Assembly: GCA_904063045.1 (NCBI GenBank)
Contig: CAJFCJ010000012.1
Location: forward strand, 2,413,180 to 2,477,179
Origin: Dimorphilus gyrociliatus
Lineage: Eukaryota; Animalia; Annelida
Direction: 5' to 3'
DNA length: 64,000 nt
The notes under the pieces are model-generated. The model saw only the letters and a program-made list of their open reading frames with translations. It searched no databases and had not been told where the DNA came from. The translations under genes and the position numbers were made by a program. Shown piece after piece: positions 12,301-24,418 of the stretch. Position 1 is the first letter of the stretch. Every line of letters starts with the position of its first letter.

Positions 12301-15300
12301 ACTAACTAAAAAGAATGATGAGGCTACCAGGAAAATTGAAGAAACTAAGCAAAAAGCTCTTGAAGAATATAATAATATTTGTAATGTGAGGGGGCTTTGA
12401 TATTTAATTTATTACCTTATCCCTTTGCATTGTTTTAATTGAATTCTTTAGCTTTAGCGTAAAGAAATTTTAACGCTCTATCGATTTTTTAATAGGCTAA
12501 TGGAAACACTGAAGCTGAGCTGAGGAATCTAAGAAAGGAGAACCAAGAATTAAGAGAAGGCTGCCAGAAGGCAACTGATGCTCTTACTTTTGCTGAAGCA
12601 GATGCCGAGAATATTCGAAAGGATTTGAACAATAAAGCGAAGGCTTTAGACAAGCTGAATTTGGAGAATAAGGTGAGAGCTTATCAGCATTAAACATTTG
12701 AAAACAATGAATGATAGGATTGGATAATATTACTAACAGCATTTTAACTCTTATCCTCAATTAATTTTGTTGCCAGAATTTTCTACAATGAGAACCTTTT
12801 CTGTTTTACAGGAATTTCAGGAGCGGGAGAACAAGATAAAGAGTGAATTAGCAGCTGCACAGGATAAACTGTCATCTCTAGAAAATTCCACCAATGACAA
12901 TCATAATAATTCGTTTGATCTCTTGAGGCGGTTATTCCCACAAGTAGATTTGAAAAATAATATGGTAATTTTTTAAATAGCTAACCTACCAACTCAATTC
13001 ATTCTGAAATTTATAAAATATTTTCTAGAGTGAAGATGAAGTAATTACTCTATGCTCCAGCTACACTCAAGATGAAAAGTTGCAGGCAAAACTACAACTA
13101 CAAGAGTCAACATTAGTTCAAACTGTAAACAAAGTTTTATTTTAAAAAAACATAAACCTAGTATAAATATTTTACAAGTAAAGACTTTTTAAATGGGGCT
13201 ATCAAGTGCCTTTTACCATCCGTTGATATTAGAAAAGCGATAGTATTTTTTTAAAAAACAGTAGACTGACTTTTAACTAGAAATTAAAACTAAAACGAAT
13301 TCTTCTAAATTCATTTTATTTTCCCTGAACAGAAAAATGCCTTAGATGCAATTGAGAGTTCTGTTGAAAAGAACGAAGCTCAATGGAAAGAGGAGAAACA
13401 ATCCATGTTAAATGATTTAGCTAAAACGAAGGAAGAACTAGAGAGTCTTCGACGTAACCAAACTGAAGTGAGTCGATAGCCTTGTTCTTTAGCTTATTAG
13501 AATTTTGCCTAATGATAGTTTAACCTTAAAAGTATGCACTTTAGTAATTTTCTCTAGTCTTTCTCTTTATTAGTGAAAGAGAAGAATTAAAATGTTGAAT
13601 ATGCAATTTGCAATTTGCATGTGCTATTTTGTTAACTATTATACCGAGCAGATGTGTTAAAATAGATGAAGTATTAGAAATCTGTGTTGTAGAAATTTTG
13701 CTCGTTATTCAACATTGTATAGAAGAAGCATATACTAATTATTGTTTGACTCTCATAGATCATCTTTTTCTCGCCTTTTAAACATATTTTCAGATTAACA
13801 ATCTCATTCAATTGTTATTGCGTAATAATCAGGATAAATATTTAACACGAATTTTCTGTAAGAAATACAGCGAAAACGTAGGAAAACATATTTAAAAAAA
13901 GAAAGTTAGATTTTAGAAAAATGGATAGACAACTAAAGTCGTTTTACTTAACGAAGATCAATACAATTGCTGATCTATCCATTCATTTGTAATTAGGAAA
14001 ATTTATAATTCACATTTATTTTTAGGTGTTTATCACGAAAAAATGGAAGTTTTTGTCCAAATTTCGAAAATACAATGATCTTGAACTTAAGACGGCTTCA
14101 GACTGGTTAATGATTTTTCTCCACTTTTGGGACACAACTATGACATGATTTTAGAAACATGATTAGACTTATACACATTTACATAAATACAATTTTAACA
14201 TATTTTCTCTCTGTTGCTGTCTCCGTCCTGTCAAAACCTTTCTAAGAAATTGATTTTAAAAAAAAAACCAAATTTTATAGATAAGTCTACGTGTTTGAAC
14301 TATTTATCTTAATGCATTTAGACAAGAAACATAATCAAAATTAATATGTCCTGAATATTAAACATGTAATAATTACCTTTTGTACATTGTACCTTTATTC
14401 ATTTGGCAGCTTAATTAAAATCATCAAAAGCATTTAAAACTTGAAAAGGCGAATAGGATTGGTCGCTTAGTTTTTGTTATAGTTTGTGTTAATTACTGTT
14501 AGTATTAGTAGATTTAGGAACATTAGATAATTTAGAAGTTAAGTGCTCGGTATATGAATTTCTTTCTTTAATTTAAAACATTTTTTTCCACTCTTAGTCT
14601 ATTCGATTGATTCATAGTTTTTCTTTTAAACAATACTTTTTTTTACTACCTTGCTGTGTAACAGTTTATTTTCAGTTGAATTTTGTATTGAAGAGCGGTT
14701 TATGTTTTTTTGCAGCTGAGCTCATAGCAAACGTTTCGAAGGAATAGGAACGATTAATAATGGAGGAGCTAAGAAAATTATACAAATTTCAGTTTATAGA
14801 GGAACGTTTATTACACTCGATTTTTTTCTTTGAAATATGTTATCTAATGTTTCGCTTATTTATGACTTAATGTTAATTGGAGAACATTTTCTATAATTAT
14901 TTTTATATCGATTCTGGTCGATTATCGTGATTTTGACAAGGGGATTATGTATATGTATTAAGCAAACAAAAAAAAAGGAAAAAAAATACATGACGTCTTT
15001 TTGTTTCTGGTCACTTGATGGTATTGGTATTTGTTAATTTTTTGCTGATGTAAAATGCAAATTGCCTTCAACAAACTTCCCTCACTACTATCTTTTATTT
15101 AAATAAATGGTCAATATATTAAAATATCATAAGATTAAGAGTCTGTAGAGTTCTTTTTTTCATTCACTCTTTTATTGCCTTAGGCTTCGGGGTATTCGGT
15201 GCATTTCATTATTATATACACTATATATATATCTATACTGTATATACATATATTATTTTTATTATCGTATCAGCATTATTATTATTTATTATCGTATTAT

Positions 15301-17209
15301 CGCTATCACAACTATTCCAATTAATTATCTTTAAAAGCTATTATCATTAAATCAATCGTTGCAGATATAAGAGCCGATGCATTTACCTTCTCAATTAGTC
15401 ATTTTAAACTAACGGTCGACAATAGTGTAGGCGTATAGGCCTATGAATTGTCGCCATGAAACACCTTAATAAATGATATACACATATTTTATTATGTTTA
15501 CTAACTTTGCTATTTGCTACGAAGAAAGCTTACTATTTTTAAGGTCTAATCGACGTTTTAGAAAGATATACCGCAATTTATAGATTTGCTTTGAACTTTA
15601 TTCTCCCTTCTATTATTTTTGACATACTAAAGTTCCATATTTAAATAGCATTTATATATATTAGCTTTTACGCGCTAGAGATTATCTCTTCTGCTGAACT
15701 ATAAGCCGACGATAAATGACTTAAATTGTAAATGTTATACTTTACGTATAGGCTGACGTCGAGTTGAACAACTGTAGAGAACGTCTAAGTATGCTAGAAA
15801 GTGACAAATTGCAGTTACAAAGCGATCTTTCAAAATCAACAATGTCATTGAAAAGTTTGGAAATGGTGGAAAGTCAAGTTGGTACTCACTTATTCAATAG
15901 AAAACACACTGGCAATTAGGATTGTTTATAAAAACAATTATCATTCGCAAACAGGTAATCGATTTGAGAAAAACGTTAACGGATGAAAAACGAAACACAA
16001 CAAAATTAGGTGGTATGCTTAAGACAGGTCAGGATGCTCTAAAAGCTGAACAAGAGCGTGTTAAATATTTAGAAGATCAATTAAAAGCCAAGTCCGAAGT
16101 AAGTTTTGATGGAAAAACCAATTTTGTTCAATTGTTTTTTCTCGTCCTTTCCAATTCATGAAATTTTTAAGAGAGACGGCCTTTCGTTCGATTATTTATG
16201 TGTAAAACGTCTCTGAATTCAGGAGTTGATTACGTTGGCGAAAGAGACGCATCCGGATTGGGATGTTATCGATACGGTTGTAGAGGTATTAGGATGCATA
16301 TAGAGAAATGTTTAAGTTTAACAAACGACTAATATGATATAAACAAAAAGCAAACAAAAAACTTTGTACTGAACTCTTCTTCTTCTTCTTCTCCTTCTTC
16401 TTCCTCTTTTTCTTCTAACTATTATTATTATTATTTTTACTTTCCTTGCATATCTCTTTCAAGCGAAACCGGGAAATGTTCAGCGAAAACTCTCATCCAG
16501 ATTTCTTCTATTCTCTATAGTAACTGTTCTATGTTTCATGCCTGTTTCGTATTTTCCTTTTAAAGTTTTCTTTTATCTGTCTGGTGAATGCCGTGTGTAG
16601 ATAGATAGAAGAGTGACTATTCTCGAAAAAGACTTTTAACGAGAAGACCGATCCAAGAGTGACAGTACAATGCTGTTTAAGCTTATTAACAATTTGTTTG
16701 GTAGAGAAACCCATTAGTCTGTAAAGCCTGAACCTTGATTTTTTTTGAAGTCCTAGCTAATATTACAACTCTCTGCTTCTAATACGCCTATATTTATATA
16801 CAAGATAGCTAAATTTAGAGGTTTTATTGAGGAGATTAGCCGAGTAACGACTGTTTCTTTTTGAATAGGGTTTGAATAGTGGGGAGACTGAAAAGAAAAT
16901 CGATGAGGTAATGATTATTAGATAAATTTGAATGTGAATGGAAAAAATCTATGAGATTTTCATTGTTTTGTTTTTTTTTTCCCCACGTTACCCAGTTGCA
17001 CGAAAAATTGGAAATGACTCAACGGGAGCTGCAAGACGAAATAAAAGCTAATCAACATTTATCTGGTAGATTAGTGAGTGAATAATAAAATAAGAGAGTG
17101 CTGCGAAAGGAATTGAATGATAATAAAATTTTGTTTTTTTTTTCTTTCCTCTCTTCCAACTTTTCAACAGGCTTCGCTGGGGATTATGGTCAATAATAAG
17201 AAGAAGTAA
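9327..17209 (+). CDS. RRBP1/KTN1: Kinectin/ribosome-binding protein 1 (p180)-like ER membrane coiled-coil protein, many exons
   Basis: N-terminal TM followed by MKEKTYEEMIEEQRQR and a Lys-rich stretch, the typical RRBP1/KTN1 head. Long heptad coiled-coil exons at 10338-11058, 11317-11396, 11755-11852, 11932-, 12497-, 12811-, 13030-, 13333-, 15752-, 15956-16099, 16870-, 16998-17073 and 17171-17209 (ASLGIMVNNKKK*). Internal boundaries are approximate. Confidence 0.8.
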
Positions 17210-17807
17210 TAATAATAATAAAACAATAAAAACTGCTAAAGAAAAAAAAATGAAGTAAGAAATGAGAAGAGGACGGCTGGAAAAAAAATATTAGATGAAA
17301 TATATAGAAAATTACTGGAAAATAGATAAAAAAATTGATAAAAAATAGATAAAATTTATAAATAATCAACTAATTGAATATATTTAATGCTAATATATAA
17401 GAAAAGAAATGAATATAGATACGTAATGTATAATTTATTAAACAAAATGTTCCTAGGGGTATTTATTCGAAGAAATATTGGCTCAAGACATCAATTTAGA
17501 CTTGTGTTATGAAATGTTCTGTTTCAATTCGTTGCATGTATTAACGATGATGATTATGATGGTGGTGATGTTGTTGTTATTATTATATACTATATTTATT
17601 AAAACAAAAAAAAACAAAAAGACTAAATACACTGCTTCCTTATATCATGTTGAATACTGGCTAGATGTCGCTAGTTTAACTTTTTTGTAAGAAATTATGA
17701 ATATTCAAGATAACGATTACCGATAATCGGCCTACCGCCGGCCGCACTAGGAGACAGCAACAACAACATGGCAGTATGTTGTCGGATAAGGAGAATTTTG
17801 CAGTTTT

Positions 17808-17845
17808 GTAGAAAATGTCTTTAAATGTAGAAAATGTCTTTAAAT
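17808..17845 (+). repeat. Exact 19-bp tandem duplication GTAGAAAATGTCTTTAAAT x2 spanning the start codon
   Basis: Units 17808-17826 and 17827-17845; ATGs at 17815 and 17834. Confidence 0.9.
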
Positions 17846-20800
17846 TGGTCGGATAACGATTACTTTGTACGGCTTTTAAAGGCCGATAAACGCGGTTACG
17901 CCGCCTTAGAATGCCTCGTCGACGATCTTCACGTGGATAAAGATCGTACAATCGGCAAATTATTAAGACATTCAGGTTCTGAGGATTTTTTATGGGCCCT
18001 CGTTAAACTACTAGGTGACCCAAATTCAAGGTTAGTCTATCATTGTACTAAATGTTAGTAATATAAAAATATATCTATAAATATATATCCGTGCGGCAAG
18101 TGTGTGAAATCAACAGCAAAATCAATAATAACAGAAGGGATTGAATTTTTGTTTGGCAGATTGATTTTCTCATTTTAATTCCTTTTTATCCTTTTGATCT
18201 AACGAGAAAAATCTTTGTACGTTAATTAGCCAAAGTATTATTAATAATCAAGTGATATTTATTTGTTATTTAGCTATAAATTTATTAATTATTATTTACT
18301 CAGCCATATTCTTCTTATATATTTCAATATACCATAAAGCTTTACAAGAATCTCTCTACTGCCTAAATTCATTCAAGCTACTTGAACAATAATGGATTAT
18401 AGAAACTCTCCTACAACCGATTTAAGCTTTAAGATTAAACTAATCTGATTTAGTGGTAAAAATAGCATAGTTTTTAGGGAATAGTGAAAGAGAAAGACTG
18501 ATGATTGACACTCTAATTGTTGAATATCCTGAATCTTCTTCCTCTTCTTTTCAGGGTTGCTGGCAACGCCGCTTATATATTGGGAACTCTAGCCGAAAAT
18601 GAACTTGGCTACCTTCGAGTCATCTCACTCATCAACTCAAAATGCGCGGAAAGTAGACGGATACTATCCGACCTAACTAATATGTTGACCTTCGACGACT
18701 CGGAAAGCGTTATGAACGCAGCTGGAACTATAGGTGGGCATTTCTGGGTCTTTGTTAATTTTCTATCAGATTTTTCCTTTGTTTCTTTGTGTTTCAGTGT
18801 AATGTTATAGATTTATTGAGTTGAGTATACACTTTAATCTATTTATATTTAGTTTAATTGTCATACAAATATATTAAAATTGCTATCAATTTACTTTACC
18901 ACACACTTTCTATTTATACTAGTCTTTTCTTTATTCGTTTCTTCAGGAACCCTCGCCGAAAGTCCGGAAGGTAGGGAGTGGATGCTAAGGCAAGACTGCT
19001 TGGACGATACTATCGACCGTATTACGAATCTACTATCGCACAATAATCTTTGGACGGCTAGCAACGCTGCCTTAGTCTTAGCTAGAATTACCATCTCGGA
19101 AGACGGCTGCGAACGTCTGCTTTGCCATTCGAATTCCTCTTCGATTCTTACTAATCTAATACTTTCGTTGGGTGTCGACGAAGCGGGAAGGGGTATGAAC
19201 GCCGCTTTTGCCGTTGGACGCCTGTGCGATACCGATAAGGGTAGGCATAAACTCCTATCGTTACCAGAGTCCGAAAAGATGATAAGTTCACTATCCAAAA
19301 TGCTATGCTGTAACGATTCGGGAGCGTCGAAGAACGCCTGCTTCGCTATAAGTTGTCTAGCCACAAATCCAATGGGACATTCTCGACTATTAGAAAATCA
19401 AAGATCGGAAACGGTTTTAAAGACTTTAGCCGAACTGTTGTGCGCCGAAGATTCGGAGACTGCCTGGTTTTCTGCTATGACCCTACATACTTTAGCTAGT
19501 CAGCCGAAGGGTTGCCTTAGGTTAAGGAAGACGAGCGACGTTACCAACTCCCTCAAGTCAATAGCCCAATCGGAGATGAGCGAACATAAGTAAGTAAACT
19601 CGAATGCATCACAAACAGAATGTTCAATAAACTTTGTTTTACCTCTTATCCAGGGAAGATTTAAAGGAGGAGGTAAATAAGACTCTGGCCATTCTCAAGA
19701 GGTTAGACAAAGCCGAACCGCCTGACATTGAACGTAAGTTGTTAAGTAAACACAAATGCTTTATGATATGTTAATGAGATTTTGAATTGCAGAGGAGTCG
19801 TTCGAGAAAGTCCTAGTTAAATGGAAAGAGTCAAAAACAAATTCTGGACTCAAAGTAAAATATCAATTGTTTTTAGGTAAGTGATTAATCAATGAAAAAT
19901 TCAACTTGAACATAATTAATCATTCAAATATCAAGAATAATCCATTTTTTATCTTCATTGCCCCTGTCTTTTTTTTCATTCTTATCAAATAGTAAAATGC
20001 ACTTAAAGTATACTTGATATTCTAGTTATTTATTGCTATTATTCTTTATCGAGTATCATCGTTATACAATCTAGACGGCTGTAGACCGGATTCTCTCTTA
20101 TCAATATATCTATGTAGTTTTTGTTTGTTCAACGCCATCTAACGGTGGGAATTGTCACTTTCCCCCTCCCTCCGACCAATTGTTAGTAGAGAGAATTCTT
20201 AGTATTTAGGGGGGCGGGGGGAGTAACGGGAAAAAATGCGATTAATTGAACGCTTACGTTTAGTCATAGAAACTTATCTCTCCATATATCGATTATTTAA
20301 TTGCTTTGTATTAGGTTCTTTTACTTGGATATGTACTTCTTGTCGATTCAATTATCTTTACTGGATATTGTTTGAAACGCCATCTAACGGTCAAAATAAA
20401 ATATTCATTATAATAAGTGTAATATGCAATTTTTATAAGATGTACTATGGAATTAGGTTAAAAAAAACCAAACTTTAATGAATAGTTAAAATAAAGCGAT
20501 TAATTAACCTTTTTCAGACGATATATCTGTTTACAACGGTGAAAAAATTGAACACGTTCTTAACAAGCTACAACCTCATACGACTTATACTGTTCGTTTA
20601 AGAGCCTTTACGGAGGGTGACGAAGCTCCACTTTCCGATCCAGTTAATTTTACAACAGCCGAAACTGTTCCAACTATTCCACTTAATTTTAGATTGTTAG
20701 TTCGAACAACAACACAACTTAAATTAGCTTGGGATCCTCCAGAATTTTCTAATGGAATATTAAAAGGATACTACGTTTATCTTGGGGAAAAACTATCCGA

Positions 20801-23712
20801 ACATACTTACGAAACCAGTTGTATAGTCTCTAGTTTACAGCCGAGTACTAGTTATGACTTTAAAATATGTGCCGCGACGAGTAAAGGGAAAGGACCTTTT
20901 GATCAAATCACAGCAACAACTGCTGAGATGGGTAATATAACTATTATATATAAATATACAATTGTGTATTTCGAATCTCTATACCTAAACCATCGTATTT
21001 CCTATTCTATTTAATAGGCGCACACGCTCCAAGTAAACCCGAAGTTGTAGTTCTTGGACGAAATGAGTTAACTGTTTCGTGGAATCCACCAGAAGTACCG
21101 TTAGGGCGTATTTCTAGATATGATCTAGTTATGAATAATAAAACGATATTTTCTGGAACGGATTTACATTTTCATGTGACCAGATTATCGCCTGATACTG
21201 AGTATACATTCCACGTTACAGCGGTGACTTCTGAGGGGAAGGTAAGTTTAAAATGACCGAATTAATAACGGAGAGCAGATTGTAAATCACATATTCATTC
21301 ATTTTTTCTTTTTTGAACAGTGCGAAAGTAAAACCACAAAGAAGCGAACCGCAAAAGATGAATGTAAATATTCTCCTTCTCTATTCAATCTATTGCAAAC
21401 TCCTTTTTCCTCTTATTCATTCATTCATTCATTCATCAATCTTTTTAACGACATATTCCTTTCCAATCGATGTAGACGAAGGTGAGAGACAGCCACTTTA
21501 TCAAACTCCAGTGAAAAAAGATGGAACAGAAGTCGACATTAAAGTTGATTCTCCGCCAAAATCTGTTAAAAGAAGGCGAAAATCAACAGCAACAGTTTGC
21601 TCTCAAGAAAATGTCCCAGCAGTTCAGACAACTCCAAGAGTTAGTAGCGCAAGTGCCAAAAAGGTAAGACGGAAACAGAAATCTCATCATCTAGGCATTT
21701 TATTAAAGAAAGAAAAGTAGGACTAAAATAAGCAAACAAACAAACAAACAAACAAAACAAAAACAAATTATTAACAAAAATCACCGCTTTGCACTCGATG
21801 TGTGTTTTATTTATTTTCTTACTGATTGACGAGAATAGGAGAGTGAGACCCTAGAAGAAAATGGATGAAAAATTAAGGGAAAGATTTAAATTGTTAAAGA
21901 TCGCTAAAATAAACAAATAAACAAAGAAAAAAACATCATTGTTTTTAATGCACGGTGTTTGTGTGTGTGTGTGTTTTTTTCCCACTAATTTCTTAAACAA
22001 AATATTCAGAAAAACAACCACGTTCACAGCGCTTTGCCGAAAGCCAGATTAAAATTACAGGTAATTATATCTAACAGCAAAAATAATTCAACATTAACCT
22101 ATCACTTGTATCTTTTAAGTATTTCCTTTTATATATACTGTATTATATTTATATACTTTACATCTTTTCCTTCACTCTCTCTCTCTCTCTCTTATGCCAC
22201 AACAACAACAAATACAATTACCATAACAACCTAATTCTCTTGGACTAGTTGAATATATTCATTAAATTGTCTATAATCTCATTTCAGAAAGTTCGTGCAA
22301 AAACTCCAGATGTAACCTTGAAAAGGTCGCAGACAATGATAGGTATCTATAAAAACTAGATTGTTTAACGTATATCGGATAAAAGACTTTGTATTCATTA
22401 GAAAAACCTGTAAGCTTAGTGAGGAAAGAAAGTGTAGAAACAACTGTAACATCTAAAAGTTCTGAAGTTGAACAGCAGGAGGTAAGCGTTTGATTTTTTA
22501 GCAAATAATTAAACATATTCCCCATAAAGATTTTCTTATCATTACAAATTGTTGTAAACAAATTATTAAACCAAAAACAACCTTATTGTTATATAATAAA
22601 GATTTGTAAAGAACTTAACGCACAACGTTGGATTGAAATGTTCGATTGGCGCACTACTTTACGTTGTTATAATAATTTTACAGAGGTAGTCGAAACTTTG
22701 TTGTGTGAACATTTTGTGTTTACTTATTTAATTAATTAATTAATTAATTAGATAATTATTTTTTAGATAGAATAGAATTAATATTATTATTACTATTATT
22801 ATTATTTAGTATTAATTCTTTGTTTTAAATATGTTATACAATAACTACTAACTTGTTGGGTTTTTTTTATATTTACCTTTACTTTCGTTTTCATCTTGTT
22901 TTATGTAGTTTCACACATCAACGATTTATACCTTATTATATCTATTATTAGAGTGCTCCTGTTCCTAGAAGGCGAACGTCCATTTCTAAAAAGGACATAG
23001 AAGTCAGTGAAGAGGAAACTACTAGAGTTCATTCCAAGTTAACAATGCCTAAACCTGAGTTTTTTGGTATTAAGAAACAAACTCGAAATAATCAATTTGA
23101 GCATCAAAATTCGGCTAATTCAACAAGAAAAGAATCTCAAACACCTTATCGCTTCGATATTACTCGAACTTTTACTACTTTCAATCTCTTGAGAACTGCC
23201 TCTCAAAACCGTCCAAAACCCGGTTATGCTGATGAAAATCAAGGTCAAGCTGAGAATCAGATGCCAAGCTTACGTAGAGCGGCGACTTTTGTTCAGAATA
23301 GCAGAAGAGATAGTGGCCTAAGCCGATCATCTAATAATAGTAATTCTAATAATAACTATGTAATTGACGTTCCTGAAACAGCAGTGAGATCTGCGGCAAA
23401 CCATACAAAATTTGTTCCAATGCAATTTAGAACTCAGCCGCAAAATTTGCCATCTTCTTTACACAGACAAGCTACAATGGTTAAGGGGGATAAATCAACG
23501 CAATGGTTAGATAATCTGCCAAAAAAGGAAGATCATGGCCATCTGACTGGTTTAAGTATGAAAACCAAGTAAGTTAACAAACATAAACAAGCATAATGTT
23601 TTTTTTATTTAACGAAAAAAAAACACGCAGAGTCTTTCAAAGCCGTCCGTTGCCAAATCAACTTCCGTCTTCGAGTCGAAAGCCTAAAAAGACGGTTGCT
23701 TTCGTTTCATAG
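17834..23712 (+). CDS. Uncharacterised protein: N-terminal armadillo/HEAT-like repeats, about three fibronectin type III domains and a long basic low-complexity tail
   Basis: ARM-like helices with recurring NAA..LG/LA motifs (RVAGNAAYILGTLA, VMNAAGTIGTLA, ASNAALVLARI, GMNAAFAVGRL, SKNACFAISCLA). FN3 signatures LQPHTTYTVRLRA, LKLAWDPP..SNG..KGYYVY, LQPSTSYDFKICA, LTVSWNPP and LSPDTEYTF. A final exon at 23631-23712 gives ...KPKKTVAFVS* using the donor at about 23569. Confidence 0.75.
20131..20391. promoter_or_regulatory. Two identical 16-mers AACGCCATCTAACGGT (20131-20146, 20376-20391), CTCF-like, in an intron
   Basis: The reverse complement core CCGTTAGATGGCG resembles the CTCF consensus CCACTAGATGGCG. 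The flanks are unrelated. Confidence 0.4.
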
Positions 23713-24418
23713 TGCCTTTATTACCTGTTTCATTAATGGGAAATAAGCGAAAATAAACAGAATAAATAAATAAATAAAATAAACTGATCATTTGGTTCTC
23801 TTTTCAGTTCCTTTTTTTTTTAAATGAAAACAACAAATATTTGTTATACAAGAAACAATCTACCTTTTATGTTTTTCTCTTTCAATAAAGATTACTTAAT
23901 TTCTCTTTTTGGGTTCGATTGATTCTGTAGAATAATTTAATTAATAAAATTTCTATGTAAATCTATACCTTCGCTAACGATCGAATATTCTAGTTAATTT
24001 GTGTGGGCGTATTCCAATGAAGAATTTAGAATTGGCATTAAAAGTAAAAATTAAACAATTCATCGGGTAGTCAAGCCAACAATCCAAACCACCGCCTTTA
24101 TAAGTGACTAATTACGGTCGATTTCATTGAATTTTATGAAAAGACACTAGCGTGGGAGATATTTGTTTTTTATTTTTATTTTAAAATTAACATTTGCTAT
24201 AGTGATAAAAAAATACTTTTTTATTCCCTTCGATACCCCTCCCTTAATCCTTTGTCAAAGATAGATCAGTAAATCTTTTCCGTTACGAGTGAAAGCTTTG
24301 TAGACGTTTTCCTTATGAAGACTTTTGAAGGATTTTGTGACTAGTTGATTTGAATACAGGGAAAAAAGTCCTATATCTAATAAAACTGTAAAATTGTCTA
24401 TCCATTTTTCTTGTCGAA

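Noticed and set aside
16464-16590. Stop-containing exon or AG|GT recursive site in a kinectin-like intron
   Set aside because: Several competing weak signals with no frame or composition support, so it cannot be distinguished from chance.
18891-19364. 157-aa antisense ORF within the ARM exon
   Set aside because: It is fully overlapped by a well-supported sense exon and has no independent features.
21730-22760. Simple repeats (AAAC)n, (GT)n, (CT)n, (TAAT)n; also (TTC)n near 16380 and (TTCA)n near 38780
   Set aside because: Short ordinary microsatellites in introns or spacers.
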